From positions 1 through 64,000 of the forward strand of contig CAWJZV010000030.1 of NCBI GenBank assembly GCA_963847445.1: 64,000 nucleotides of DNA, read 5' to 3'. The notes under the pieces are model-generated. The model was not told where the DNA came from and did no database searches. It saw only the letters and a program-made list of their open reading frames with translations. Positions 31,484 to 42,830 of this stretch are shown piece by piece (position 1 is the first letter of the stretch; every line of letters begins with the position of its first letter). The stretch comes from an uncultured delta proteobacterium (lineage in GTDB: Bacteria; Desulfobacterota; Binatia; UBA9968). Made by a program: the position numbers and the translations under genes.

Positions 31484-32961
31484 TTAAGCTGGAAGAGGCG
31501 GTCTGCGCCTGTACCATTCAGTCGAGCCGTTCGTAGGCGTGCGCCACCTGGAATAGCAACGGCTCTTGAAACGAGCCGGCGACGATCTGCAAACCGAGCG
31601 GCAATCCTGATTGGGAAAAACCGCAGCACACAGCTGATCGCCGGCAAACCGGTGACGTTGAACGGGATGCAGCAAAGGCTTTCGAGCCCGCCGCGGCAAT
31701 CTCGTCCTGACGTGTATTTTTTTGCCGTCGAATTCCACATAGCCCGCTTGGCACTCGCTCGATCGACGGCACGGGAAAACGCGATCGTCGGCAAGATCAG
31801 CAACTGCACGCGCTTCAGCAGGTGCATCGAACTCATCGCAGACAATCCGCCGCGCCCGTTGCGCCATCACATAGGTCGTCGCCGGCGTCAGCAGCGCGGC
31901 AGATGTAGCTGTGCAGCGTCGGCTTTGCTGTATTCGTTTGCGCTCTGGTTCGCAGATAGGGATCGTGGGCGGCGGCGTTTTCGACGCGGCTGGTGCAAAC
32001 TTTGATCGCTGGAATCAGATCCATGATGCGGGGTCGTCACTTCTTCGGTTTGCATGCCCAGTGAGCTCTAACGCCGCCACGGCTTGGTCAAACACTGGCG
32101 CTCGACCTCCTTGGCGATGAACGCATCGAAGTAGCCGCGCAGAATGCCGACTTTCATGCCTTTGACCTCCTTGCCGATGGCGAGCGCAAAAGTTCGGCAC
32201 CGGCGCATGGGCGCTGAGCGGATCTTTGGGATCGTGGCCGGCGATGGTCTGCAGAACCAGCGCGCAATCTTCCACGGTCCGAGTCAGCAATACCTGTATG
32301 ATTCGTCGAATAGGCGCCGGTGCCGGCGACCGTGCCGAACTGACTCACTCGCCCGTAGGTCGGTTTGAGTCCGACGATGCCGCACATGGAAGCGGGGTTG
32401 CGCACGGATTGCGCGCTGTCGGTGCCGATGGAAGCGAGGCACAAGTCTGCCGCCACCGCGGCCGCGGAGCCGCCGCTCGAACCCGCCTGCAATGTAGTCG
32501 ACGTTCCAGGGATTGTGTGTCGTGCCGTAGAACGGATTGATCGTCGTGCCGCCGAGCGCCCATTCGTGCATGTTGGTTTTGCCGAGCAGGATCGCGCCGG
32601 CCGCCTTTCAGCCGCTTTGCACCGCCGTGGCATCGAAGTTCGGGAACCCAATCGGCGAGAATCTTCGATCCCAGCGGTGGTTCTGACTCCCCGCGTCGAT
32701 AGATTATCTTTGATCGAAAACGGAATGCCGTGCAGCGGGCCGCGATACGAGACTCCGGTGTATTTCTCGCTGCGCTCGAGCCGCGTCGGCGAGCGCCTGC
32801 TCTTCGGTCAGCGGTTAGTGTAGGCATTGAGATGCGGATTGAGCCGCTTGGCACGCGGTCGAGGTAGTAGCCGGGTCAGTTCAACGGAGCGATCGTTCTT
32901 TGCGGCGGAGCAGCGGCGCAGCTCGCTGATGAGTCGCGGCGATAGCGTCAGCCACGGCCAT
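31484..32961 (-). CDS. Amidase signature family protein (heavily frameshifted)
   Basis: [52 protein letters not shown]. Confidence 0.8.
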
Positions 32962-32963
32962 GG

Positions 32964-33936
32964 CTAGGACGTTTTGTCGAGCTTTAGCAGCGGCCTTGAG
33001 CTCGCGCTGCACCTGCACCGGACGCAATTCCGGCGGCGTGCGCACGTCGACGTAAATCGAGCAAACGCCGGGATAGTAGTTCGGCCGGAACGGCGCGCCG
33101 CCTTGAATCGAGCCGATGTTGACCTTGGGCACGAGCGGGCCGTGCGGCGACGCATAAACGTGAGCGCGTTCGAACTCCGCGGCCCAGCCATCGATCGCCT
33201 GCAAGACTTTAATCATTTTCAAAATGGCGCTCGAAGCTTCGGGCGGCTTTTCCTCGCGTGTAACACCCCACGCGGCGTGCGGATCGCCGAAGGCGCTGAT
33301 CTTGAATTGCGCCACGCCGTTTTGCGCCCACACGATGGAATGGCCCGACCGGTCCGCCACGATGGCGTAGTCGGACTGAATGCCATGGGTCAACAAGTGA
33401 ATGGTGCCGGTGCCCTCGCCGCGATACGCTTCCGACTGATAGGGACCGATCGGCGTGCGCGAGATTTCGCCGGCCACCGCGGCGAGGATCAGATCGCCTT
33501 TCAGCGCCGCACGGCTTTCGCGGATCGCCTTCCCGGCGATCATAAAGGCGGCGAGTCCGGACTTCATGTTGGATGCGCCGAGGCCGAACACTTTGCCGTC
33601 GCGCACCACGCCTTTGAGATCGTCATCGGGCTCCAGGGTGCGGCAGAACATCGCATCTTCCGCGGTGCCGGTGTAACTCGTGTCCATGTGGCCGTTGATC
33701 ATGAGCGAAACACCGTTGGCGCCGCCTTCGATAATCCCGACGGCATTGAGGCGCTCGGGGCCGATCTCCTGACGCACGGATTTGATGCCGTGGCGGCTTA
33801 ACCAGTTGAGAATAAACTCGCCGAGCGCTTTTTCCGAACCGGTCGGACTTGGAATATCGACGAGCTCCTTAGTGAGCGCGGCCAGCTCATCACGGTCGAT
33901 CCTTTTGATGACTTCCGCTTGTTGCTGCTGACTCAT
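32964..33936 (-). CDS. M20 family peptidase/deacylase (ArgE/DapE-like), C-terminus apparently missing
   Basis: LVDIPSPTGSE, INGHMDT, GLGASNMKSG, AVAGEI. Confidence 0.8.
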
Positions 33937-34022
33937 TATCGCTCTTTCGCTTTAAGCATTGCGAAGCGTCACCGGCCGCCACTGGTTCTAAACTATTACG
34001 GCTCCCAGCTCGCATTTCGCTG

Positions 34023-35097
34023 TTAGTTTTCCCACAAGGGCTTGACGTTGGCGTCGAGCCACTTGCGCGGGTCTTCGGAATACGCGCTATTGATGAGCGG
34101 GATTGGCTTAACCTTACTGCCCCACGCGCTCTCGACCGACGCTTTGGATTTCATCCCTTTGCGCGACACTTCCCGTCCCACTGCCGCCACCGCCATCTGT
34201 CCCTCCGGCGCGATCATCCACTCGGCGAATAGTTTGGCGCTGTTGATATGCGGCGCTTTGCCGTAGATGCCCAACTGTTGCGCCGAAATAATCGGTGCAG
34301 CGCTTCTCACGTAGTCGACCGGACTGCCCTTTTCTTTCTCTTCGACCACGTCGTGCAGAAGCGAAGGCATAGCGATGGAATATTCGCCGGCAACCAATAG
34401 GCGAAACATCGCGCTGGTGCTTTTGTGCACCGTGACATTGAGCGCTTTGAGGCCGCGAATATATTTGGCCCAGCGCGCGTCGTCTTTCCAGTACTCCTTC
34501 GTTCCCGCGAGCAATCCGCTCAATGGCCCAGCCCGCAATGGATCGTCGAGCGCCACCATCGCTTTATATTTGGGATTGATCACATCCTCCCAGCTTTGCG
34601 GCAGCTCTTCCGGCTTTGAGCTTTTTGGTATTGTAGGAAAGCGCCATGATCTGCAGGCTCACCGTCGGCAGTGTCGGGTCGTGCAACAGCAGCGCGCCAG
34701 CTTGCACGGTGTTATACGGCTCGATCGCCCCCGCGGCGCGCAGCACCACCGGCGCGCCTTCGCTAAGAATCACATCAGTGCTTTTCTGGTCGCCTTGAAA
34801 CTCGGTCAAGGTGCGGGCGATGATCTCGGAGCGCGTGCCCTGCCAATAGCTAGTTTTGATGTCCGGAAATCGTTTATTGTAAGCCGCCAGGATCGAGCGG
34901 ATATGCTCGATATCCCAAATCGTATAGACCACCAACGAACCTTCTTTTTTTGCTTTCGGATATAAATCTTTGGCGAGCTTTTCGAAGCTCGGGTCAGTGG
35001 CGCCGGTGCTTTGCGCGAGCACGCCGGTTGACTCGATATTGAAACTGGCAAGCGCAATCAGCGCCAGGATTAGGAACCGCAGCTTTTTGTTCGTCAT
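34023..35097 (-). CDS. Iron/polyamine-type ABC substrate-binding protein (frameshift near 34615)
   Basis: AKKEGSLVVY, YNTKK, APHINSAKLFAEWMIAPEGQ. Confidence 0.8.
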
Positions 35098-35505
35098 GTC
35101 GATCTCCTTGTCCGCGCCCGGCACGGTGTTTCAGGAAATTCTTGACGATCAGGATAATGACACGCTAAGCCCGCTCAATTGGCGGCTATATTACATCCGA
35201 ATCGCCAGTCCAGTAAAAAGTTTCAGGAAGCATGGGGAGCAAGCTGCGGGCCAATCTCGTATTTTAACGAACCATCTATTCGGAATAGATATACCTGGGA
35301 TAAACGCGAAGATTACGATAGCACTGAAAAAATCTAGCAGTATCGACTGCCGGTTTTGCGAGCAGCTTGCCTAAGCACTAGGCAGTGCACCCATCGAGTA
35401 ATCTAAATTGCTCACGAAACTCCCGATGGCACCGTGGCGCGCCCCCGCCGCTTTTGCATGCCTGCAACATTGAAACCGTCGCCGACTCAGGCTATGTTCG
35501 CCGAC

Positions 35506-36058
35506 ATGAAAAGACAACTCACGCTCACCGTCAACGGCGCAGGACCACGAAGTTGAAGTCGAAGCCAATCGCTTACTGCTGCAAGTGCTGCGCGACACTC
35601 TCGATCTCACCGGCACCAAAGAGGGTTGCAGCATCGGCGTGTGCGGCGCGTGCAGCGTCATCATCGACGGCCGCTTGGTCAGTTCTTGCCTGACCCTCGC
35701 CGCCGGCTGCGTAGGCAAGAAGATCGAAACGATTGAAGGTTTGGCCAAAGACGGCAAGCTCCATCCGCTCCAGCAGGCGTTTATCGAATACGGCGGTTTT
35801 CAGTGCGGTATCTGCACTCCGGGTCAGATCATGGCTGCCAAAGCCTTGCTCGACGAAAACGCCAAACCCAGCGAAGAAGAAGTCAAAGAATGGATGTCGG
35901 GCAACCTGTGCCGCTGCACGGGGTATTATAAAATTCTTGAATCGGTGATGGCGGTGGTGGATGGCAAGACCGATCCCGACTACGCGTTTCGCAAGCGCGA
36001 GACCACCGCGAAGATTCAGAGCTTGGACGTTTATAAACCGGTTGCGAAAACGAGCTGA
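35506..36058 (+). CDS. (2Fe-2S)-binding small subunit, CoxS/XdhC-like (5' frameshift)
   Basis: GTKEGCSIGVCGACS, FQCGICTPG, GNLCRCTGY. Confidence 0.9.
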
Positions 36059-36078
36059 TATCATCTCGAAGGGATAAT

Positions 36079-36170
36079 GTCTCGCGCCAAGGCGCAACGG
36101 ACCCCAAGTTCGGAAAGGCAGCAATCAGTTTTCCTTTGCGCCCTTGCGCCTGCGGAGATAATCCGAGAAA
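36079..36170. repeat. Palindromic element family A copy inside operon
   Basis: CGCCAAGGCGCAAC..CCAAGTTCGG..CTTTGCGCCCTTGCGCC. Confidence 0.6.
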
Positions 36171-36189
36171 ACAGCGAGCCGCATCAATC

Positions 36190-38542
36190 ATGTCTAAATC
36201 AGAAAACTTCTCCGTCGTCGGCAAGCGCGTGCAGCGCGTCGAGGGCTTCGACAAAGTCACCGGCGATTCAAAATTCATCGCCGACATTCATTTGCCCGGC
36301 ATGCTGACCGGCAGAATCCTGCGCAGCCCCTACCCCCACGCGCGCATCCGCGCCATCGACACCAGCAAGGCGGAGAAGCTGCGCGGCGTGCGCGCCGTGG
36401 TCACCGCCGAAGACACCCTCAAACGACCCTGGGGCGCGTTCTTCGCCGACCAATACATTCTATCCGTCGGCAAGACCCGCTATGTCGGCGAAGAGGTCGC
36501 GGCGGTGGCGGCCATCGATCCGGATATCGCCGAGGAGGCGCTGGATTTGATCGAGGTGGATTGGGAACCGTTGCCCGGAGTGTTCGACGCCGAGGAAGCG
36601 ATGCACGACGGCGCGCCACTGGTGCACGACGACAAGCCCAACAACATCGCCATGCATCTGGATCTCGAACGCGGCAACATCGCTCAAGCCTTCGCCGACT
36701 CGGACATTATCGTCGAGGACACCTTCACCAGCATGCCGCAGTGGCACTGCTCCATCGAAACCATCGGCAGCGTGGTCGAGTACTCGCCCAACGGCAAATA
36801 CACGATCTACATGAATACTCAGACTCTGTTTAACGCGCGCTATCGCATCGCCACGGCTCTCGGCGTGCCCGAGACCGACGTGCGGATCATTCAGAGCGCC
36901 GTCGGCGGCGGTTTCGGCGGCAAGTCGTGCGACGATAACAATGCGCTGGTCTGTGCCGTGCTCGCGCGCAAGGCCGGCAAACCGGTGCGCGTCATCAATA
37001 CGCGCGAAGAAGAGTTCCTCGCCGGCTGCCGGCCGCGCGTGTTCATGAAGATCAACGTCAAGTTGGGGTTCAAGAAAGACGGCCGCATCCGTGCCAAAGA
37101 ATTAAAAGTCATCGCCGACAACGGCGCCTACTCGGCCAAGGCGCCGGCGATCACCGGCGTCGCGGCGATGCGCCATGACACCTGTTACAAGTACTCCGAC
37201 GTCAAGCTCGAAGCCAAGCTGATCTACACCAACAAGATTCCCACCGGCGCCTTCCGCGGCTTCGGCAATCCGTCGGCGGAATGGGCGGTGGAGCAAGCCA
37301 TCGACTTGGGCGCCCACGCTCTCGGCATCGATCCATTGGAGATAGCCCGGATCAACGCCGCGGAAACCGGCTACGTCTCGCCCCATGGCAATCGCGTCAC
37401 CAGCTGCGAGCTCAAGCAATGTCTCGACATGGCTGAGCAGATGATCGACTGGAAAGCCAAGCGTGCCAACAAAGCGCCGAATACGGGCTTGGGCTTGGCC
37501 TGCACCGTGCACGTCAGCGGCAAGCGCCATTTCGGCGATTACGACGGTAGCTCGGCGACCATCAAGATCAACGAAGATGGCAAGGCGCTGATCCTGAGCG
37601 GCGAAGGCGAATGCGGCCAGGGCGTGCATACGGCGATGTGCCAGATCGCCGCCGAAGAGTTGGGCGTGGCGGTGGAAGACGTGGAAATCTCCCGCGCCGA
37701 CACCGATCTGACGACCTTTTGTCTGGGCGCTTTCGCCAGCCGCTTGACCTACGTCAGCGGCAACGCGGTCAAGAACGCCGCCACCAACGTCAAAGCACAG
37801 CTCTTCGAGCAAGCCGCCGAAATGTTGGAGGCCAACGCTGCCGATTTGATGTCGCGGGACGGCAGGATTTTCGTCAAAGGCGCCGAAGGCAAAGCGGTGA
37901 CCGTCGCCGATGTCGCTCGTGCGCGCTTATTCCGCCACAACGGCGCGCCGATTGTCGGTTCCGGCAGTTTCGACGCCGACTCGGTGTTGCCCAGATAGCA
38001 CGCGCTTCGGTAATGAATCGGGCGCTTACAATTACGGCGTGCAAGCGGCGCAAGTCCATGTCGACCCGCAAACCGGCCAGGTTAAAGTCTTGCAAATGGT
38101 CGTCGCCTCCGACTGCGGCACAGTGATCTATCCCATCGGCGCCGAAGGCCAGGTCGAGGGCGGTTTGGCCCAAGGCATCGGCTACGCCCTCACCGAAGGT
38201 TTGCAGATCGACGAAGGCCGGCCGCTCAATCCCAATTTTTCCGATTACCGCATCCCCTCCATGCGCGACATGCCGCCGTTACAGCATGCCTTCGCCGATT
38301 CCTACGAGCCAACGGGACCGTTCGGCGCCAAAGGACTGGGCGAACTCAACATGGACCCGACAGCCGCGGTTATCAACAACGCCATCTTCGACGCCGTCGG
38401 CGTGCGGGTGAAGACCCTGCCGATCACCCCGGAAAAAATCCTACGTGCGCTAAAGGAAAACAGAGCAACAAGTAAGCAGCACAAGAGCCATGATGAGAAA
38501 GACTTTTCACCACGATCACGAAGCACCATGCTTGAAGAATAA
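36190..38542 (+). CDS. Xanthine dehydrogenase family Mo-binding large subunit (frameshift near 37990)
   Basis: VGGGFGGK, GAFRGFGNP, GECGQG, GPFGAKGLGE. Confidence 0.9.
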
Positions 38543-38595
38543 TCATCCGACCGTTGTGGTGCATAGCTATTTGCGCTGTCCGCGCGAGAACAAGC

Positions 38596-39456
38596 ATGAT
38601 TAGATTCGACTACCAGGAACCGACGACGCTGAAAAAAGTCTTCGCCTTGATGGAAAAACATGGCGACGATGGCCGCGTCATCGCCGGCGGGACATCGTTG
38701 ATCATCATGATGCGCCAGCGCTTGCTCACCCCCAAAGTGGTCATCAGTTTGGCGCGGCTGTCGAAGTTCGACAAGATCAGCTACGGCGCCAAAGACGGCC
38801 TGCGCATTGGCGCCGGTGCGCGCCATCGCGACATCGAGCTGTCGAAAGCCGTGCAGCAGCATTATCCCCTGCTCCACGAAACCTTTCGTAAAGTCGCCCA
38901 GCCGCGCATTCGCAACATGGGCACCGTCGGCGGCAACCTCGCCGCCGGCGATCCGCTGACCGATCCCGGCGCCAGCCTGATCGCTCTTGATGCCGAAGTG
39001 ACGCTCACCAGTAGTAAGGGCCACAGAACATTGCCGTTGGATGAGTTCTTCATCGACTACTATCAAACAACCATGGAACCCGGCGAATTGCTGACTGAAA
39101 TCCACGTCCCACCGCCGACCCGGCCCGGCTGGTCACATATCAAGTTCACGCCGCGCAGCGTCGAAGATTTCGCCACGGTGGGCGTGGCAATCACTCTGCG
39201 AACCAAGGATGGCATCTGCGAGGATGTGCGGCTCGGCCTCAATTCGGTTTCCTCGACGATAGTTCACGCTAAGAAAGCCGAAGCGATTTTGCGCGGCAAA
39301 GCCATCACGGACGAGCTACTGCGCGAAATGGGCGAAGTCGCCGCCAGCGAATGCGATCCCACCGACGACAACCGCGGCTCTGCCGAATACAAACGCGAGC
39401 TTGTGAAAGTCTTGGTCCCCCGCGCCGCGAACGAAGCAATTGCGCGCGCCGGTTGA
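38596..39456 (+). CDS. FAD-binding medium subunit, CoxM-like
   Basis: IAGGTSL, IRNMGTVGGNL, DNRGSAEYK. Confidence 0.9.
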   Translation: MIRFDYQEPTTLKKVFALMEKHGDDGRVIAGGTSLIIMMRQRLLTPKVVISLARLSKFDKISYGAKDGLRIGAGARHRDIELSKAVQQHYPLLHETFRKVAQPRIRNMGTVGGNLAAGDPLTDPGASLIALDAEVTLTSSKGHRTLPLDEFFIDYYQTTMEPGELLTEIHVPPPTRPGWSHIKFTPRSVEDFATVGVAITLRTKDGICEDVRLGLNSVSSTIVHAKKAEAILRGKAITDELLREMGEVAASECDPTDDNRGSAEYKRELVKVLVPRAANEAIARAG

Positions 39457-39587
39457 ACTTTCTCACCAAATAATTTGCTGACCACCGGGTCTCGGCCTAC
39501 CACGCAGCAAGCTGTGGGGATTCGACCCAGTGAGCATGCTCTGAGCCCGCTGGCCGAGTAGAATTTACAATCTCCGAGAGTCGTTTC

Positions 39588-40817
39588 ATGGCCAGCGACA
39601 CCAAAGGTCTGCAGTTTCTCGTGCGCGCATTAGGTTCGCGCAACTTTCGGCTGTTTTTCTTCGGCCAAGCCGTGTCGTTGATCGGCACCTGGATGCAACT
39701 CATCGCCATGCGCTGGCTGGTCTATCGCTTGACGAAATCCGAGCTGACGTTGGGCATGGTGGGATTTATCAGCGACCTCCCGCTCTTTCTTCTCGTGCCC
39801 TTTGCCGGGGTGTTGGCGGACCGAATCAAGCGTGACCGGATCATGATCGTCACCCAAGCGCTCTCGGCGCTCCAGGCAGCGCTATTGGCGCTGCTCGTCT
39901 TCACCGATCAAGTGGCGGTCTGGCATGTGTTCGTTCTCGGCGGGCTGCTGGGCATCGTCAGCGCCTTCGATATCACTGCGCGCCAAGCCTTTATCGTCGA
40001 CATCATCGAAGAAAGAGCGAACCTGCCCAACGCCATCGCCTTAAACTCTTTCATTTTTAACGGCGCATTACTGGTCGGTCCCGCCGTCGCCGGCATTCTC
40101 ATCGCCTTGGTCGGCGAAGGGCCCTGTTTCGCCCTCAACAGCTTGAGTTATCTGGCGGTCCTAGGCGCGCTCCTCCTGATGAAAATTCCGGAAAAGACTT
40201 TTTCCGGCAGCCCGCTGGATTTCACGGCGGCGATCATGGAAGGCGCCGCGTACACGTTCGCTTCGGTGCCCATGCGATCCATCCTAATGCTGGTTGCGGC
40301 GGTCAGTCTTGTCGCCGCATCGTACACCCTGCTCATGCCGGTATTCGCCGAAGACATTCTGCGCGGCGGCCCGAAGGTCTTCGGCTATCTCATGTCCGCC
40401 ACCGGCGTTGGCGCCCTCGCCGGCGCGATATTTCTCGCCTCGCGCAGGCGCCTCAAAGGGCTGGCCGAGATGATTGTGATCGCCGGCACACTCTACGGCG
40501 TCGGCTTGGTGGCGTTGTCATTCTCAGCTTCACTAGCGATCGCGTTGATCATCGCCCTGGTGCTGGGACTCTCCTTGATGCTGCAAATGGCGATCGAGCA
40601 ACACCATCGTCCAGAGCATTGTCGACGACCAGAAACGCGGCAGGGTAATGAGCCTGTTTGTCATGGCGCGCCGCGGCATCGAATCCTGGGCAGCCTATTG
40701 TTCGGCGTTATCGCCGACTGGGTTGGCACACCCAGGACTTTGATGATCGGTGGCGCGTTCTGCCTGCTTGCGGTGGCTGCTTTAGGGTGCAATTCAACTC
40801 CAAAAACCTGCCGCTAA
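39588..40817 (+). CDS. MFS transporter (3' frameshifts)
   Basis: RNFRLFFFGQAVSLIGTWMQ, GVLADR, NAIALNS. Confidence 0.88.
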   Translation: MASDTKGLQFLVRALGSRNFRLFFFGQAVSLIGTWMQLIAMRWLVYRLTKSELTLGMVGFISDLPLFLLVPFAGVLADRIKRDRIMIVTQALSALQAALLALLVFTDQVAVWHVFVLGGLLGIVSAFDITARQAFIVDIIEERANLPNAIALNSFIFNGALLVGPAVAGILIALVGEGPCFALNSLSYLAVLGALLLMKIPEKTFSGSPLDFTAAIMEGAAYTFASVPMRSILMLVAAVSLVAASYTLLMPVFAEDILRGGPKVFGYLMSATGVGALAGAIFLASRRRLKGLAEMIVIAGTLYGVGLVALSFSASLAIALIIALVLGLSLMLQMAIEQHHRPEHCRRPETRQGNEPVCHGAPRHRILGSLLFGVIADWVGTPRTLMIGGAFCLLAVAALGCNSTPKTCR

Positions 40818-41520
40818 ACGCTTCGACCACTCTAATACGGGAAGCAATCATTGGATCGACAACCTGCTACGGTGCGACCCGATGCGTTGCCGCATGGTGC
40901 CTGGATCGGCGCTGAACGGACGCCGGATAAAGTCACTTTGGCCTTTGCGGCAGATGCCGTATTCATGGCAGTCTGCTTTTCTTAAAATGCTCTCGATGAG
41001 ACATCCGAGCCGCTTGGCGCTTGCGCCGTTGCAAGTTCTGACGTTTAGCATTCTGGTTCATCGTAGTGCCTCCATGCCATAGGTTACTGAACAGACTCCA
41101 AGCTTCTATCAAATACTCACTATCGAACAACAAAGTTCCATTGTAGGCCGGGTCTTAAACGTTGCCGTGTCAAACGTAAACGAGTCCGGAACCTGTCAAG
41201 TGCGCCAGGAAAATCTAGACGATTCCGAAGGTTTGAACTGGGGACCTTTGCGCTTCTGGCAGGTTTTGGCAGCATACACATCGTAGGACGGTTGAATGTT
41301 GGCGATCCGGTCTATCTGTCGGCTTTTCCTCGCGGCTTTTTAAGTAACGTCCTGAACGGAGCGCAGCGGTTGAACGGCTTGAACGTTTTGATCGGTTTCT
41401 TCCCTGTCCCTTTGCTTGCCATCCCATCCCGTTGACACGAGCTCTGAATCCGCTAGGGTTTTTATATTGGCTCAATGAAGCGAGCGGCAGACTTATTATT
41501 GAAGAAAGCTAGATTACGCA

Positions 41521-41961
41521 ATGACACGAACAAAATATTTTCTCGCCGCGGTGCTCTTTCCCTTGACCCTGATTGCCTGCGCAGCGCAGCGCCCGGTACT
41601 TTATCCAAATCAACACTTGCAACGGGTTGGCAGCAGCGCGGCGGATCGGGACGTCAATGAATGCATGCAACGAGCTGAGGAATATGTTTCCTCGGATGCC
41701 GGCAGAGCAGCGTTGGAGCAGGCAGCGGTGAGTGGCGGTACCAGCGCGGCCGTAGGCGCCGCGGCCGGAGCAGCCGGCGGCGCGGTATGGAGTCGCGCCG
41801 GGACGGGCGCCGCAGCGGGCGCTGCCGGCGGCGCAGCTGCCGGTGTCACGCGCGGCCTAATTCACGGTCTCACGCGTAAGCAAAGCCCGAGTCCGGTTTA
41901 CAAGAGTTTCGTCAATCGCTGTTTACGCGAGAAAAACTACGATCCGATCGGCTGGCAATAG
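41521..41961 (+). CDS. Glycine-zipper lipoprotein
   Basis: Lipobox LIAC, GAAAGAAGG repeats, FVNRCLREKNYDPIGWQ. Confidence 0.75.
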   Translation: MTRTKYFLAAVLFPLTLIACAAQRPVLYPNQHLQRVGSSAADRDVNECMQRAEEYVSSDAGRAALEQAAVSGGTSAAVGAAAGAAGGAVWSRAGTGAAAGAAGGAAAGVTRGLIHGLTRKQSPSPVYKSFVNRCLREKNYDPIGWQ

Positions 41962-41974
41962 ACCGCGGCGTCGA

Positions 41975-42195
41975 ACAAGAGCAAGATGAAAGATTGACCT
42001 TCAACAACGAAATGACCGGCGCTTCCAGCATCGACTGAAGCGAGCCGAACTGCTTCAACAACTGCCGCGCCAATTCAACTGCCTTCGTGCTTTTGACGCC
42101 AACCCGAAGCAATATCGTGACAAGCTCCGCATTTTCAGCGCCCGCGCGCCCTTGCACAACCGCCGTTCCCGTGTGCGTTCATCCTGAGATCATTA
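41975..42195 (-). pseudogene. RadC/UPF0758 N-terminal fragment
   Basis: ENAELVTILLRVGVKSTKAVELARQLLKQFGSL resembles RadC N-terminus; JAB domain absent. Confidence 0.6.
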
Positions 42196-42346
42196 TGCGA
42201 TACTAATCGTTGTAACTTTCATACGTCGGGGTGATTGATTTGGTTCAAATCGCTCCGCTTCCTTCAAACGCGGCGCATGCGCAACTATCGTGCGCAATTA
42301 TCGGCGAAGCTTGATTCACTGAATCTCTACAGATATTCTCCGCCTT

Positions 42347-42830
42347 ATGAAACAAACGCATCCGTGTCACTATCAATGGCCGGCTCTACGAAGAAGAGGT
42401 CGAGCCGCGCATTTTGCTCGCCCATTTTCTGCGCGAGACCATCGGACTGACCGGCACCCATGTCGGCTGCGTCATCGGCGAATGCGGCGCCTGCTCGGTG
42501 CTGCTCGACGGCAAAGTGGTCAAGTCTTGCCTGCACTTCGCGGTGCAGGCCGACGGGCGGGAGATCACGACCATCGAAGGCTTGGCCAAAGACGGCGAGC
42601 TCAATCCGGTGCAGGAAGCGTTCGTCAAGAATTACGCCTTTCAGTGCGGCTATTGCACGCCGGGCATGGTGATGACCAGCCACGCGCTGCTTGCAGAAAA
42701 ACCCCAATCCATCGGAAGAGGAGATCCGCAAAGCGCTGGCCGGCAATCTGTGCATGTGCACCGGCTATGTGCAGATCGTCGACGCGGTGAAAGACGCGGC
42801 AAAGGGAATGAAAAATGGCTAAGTTCGTAG
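42347..42830 (+). CDS. (2Fe-2S)-binding small subunit (frameshifted)
   Basis: [33 protein letters not shown]. Confidence 0.88.

Noticed and set aside
40930-40965. Sec read-through of the small basic ORF's TGA
   Set aside because: No redox-motif context, no evident SECIS, and another stop follows within 10 codons
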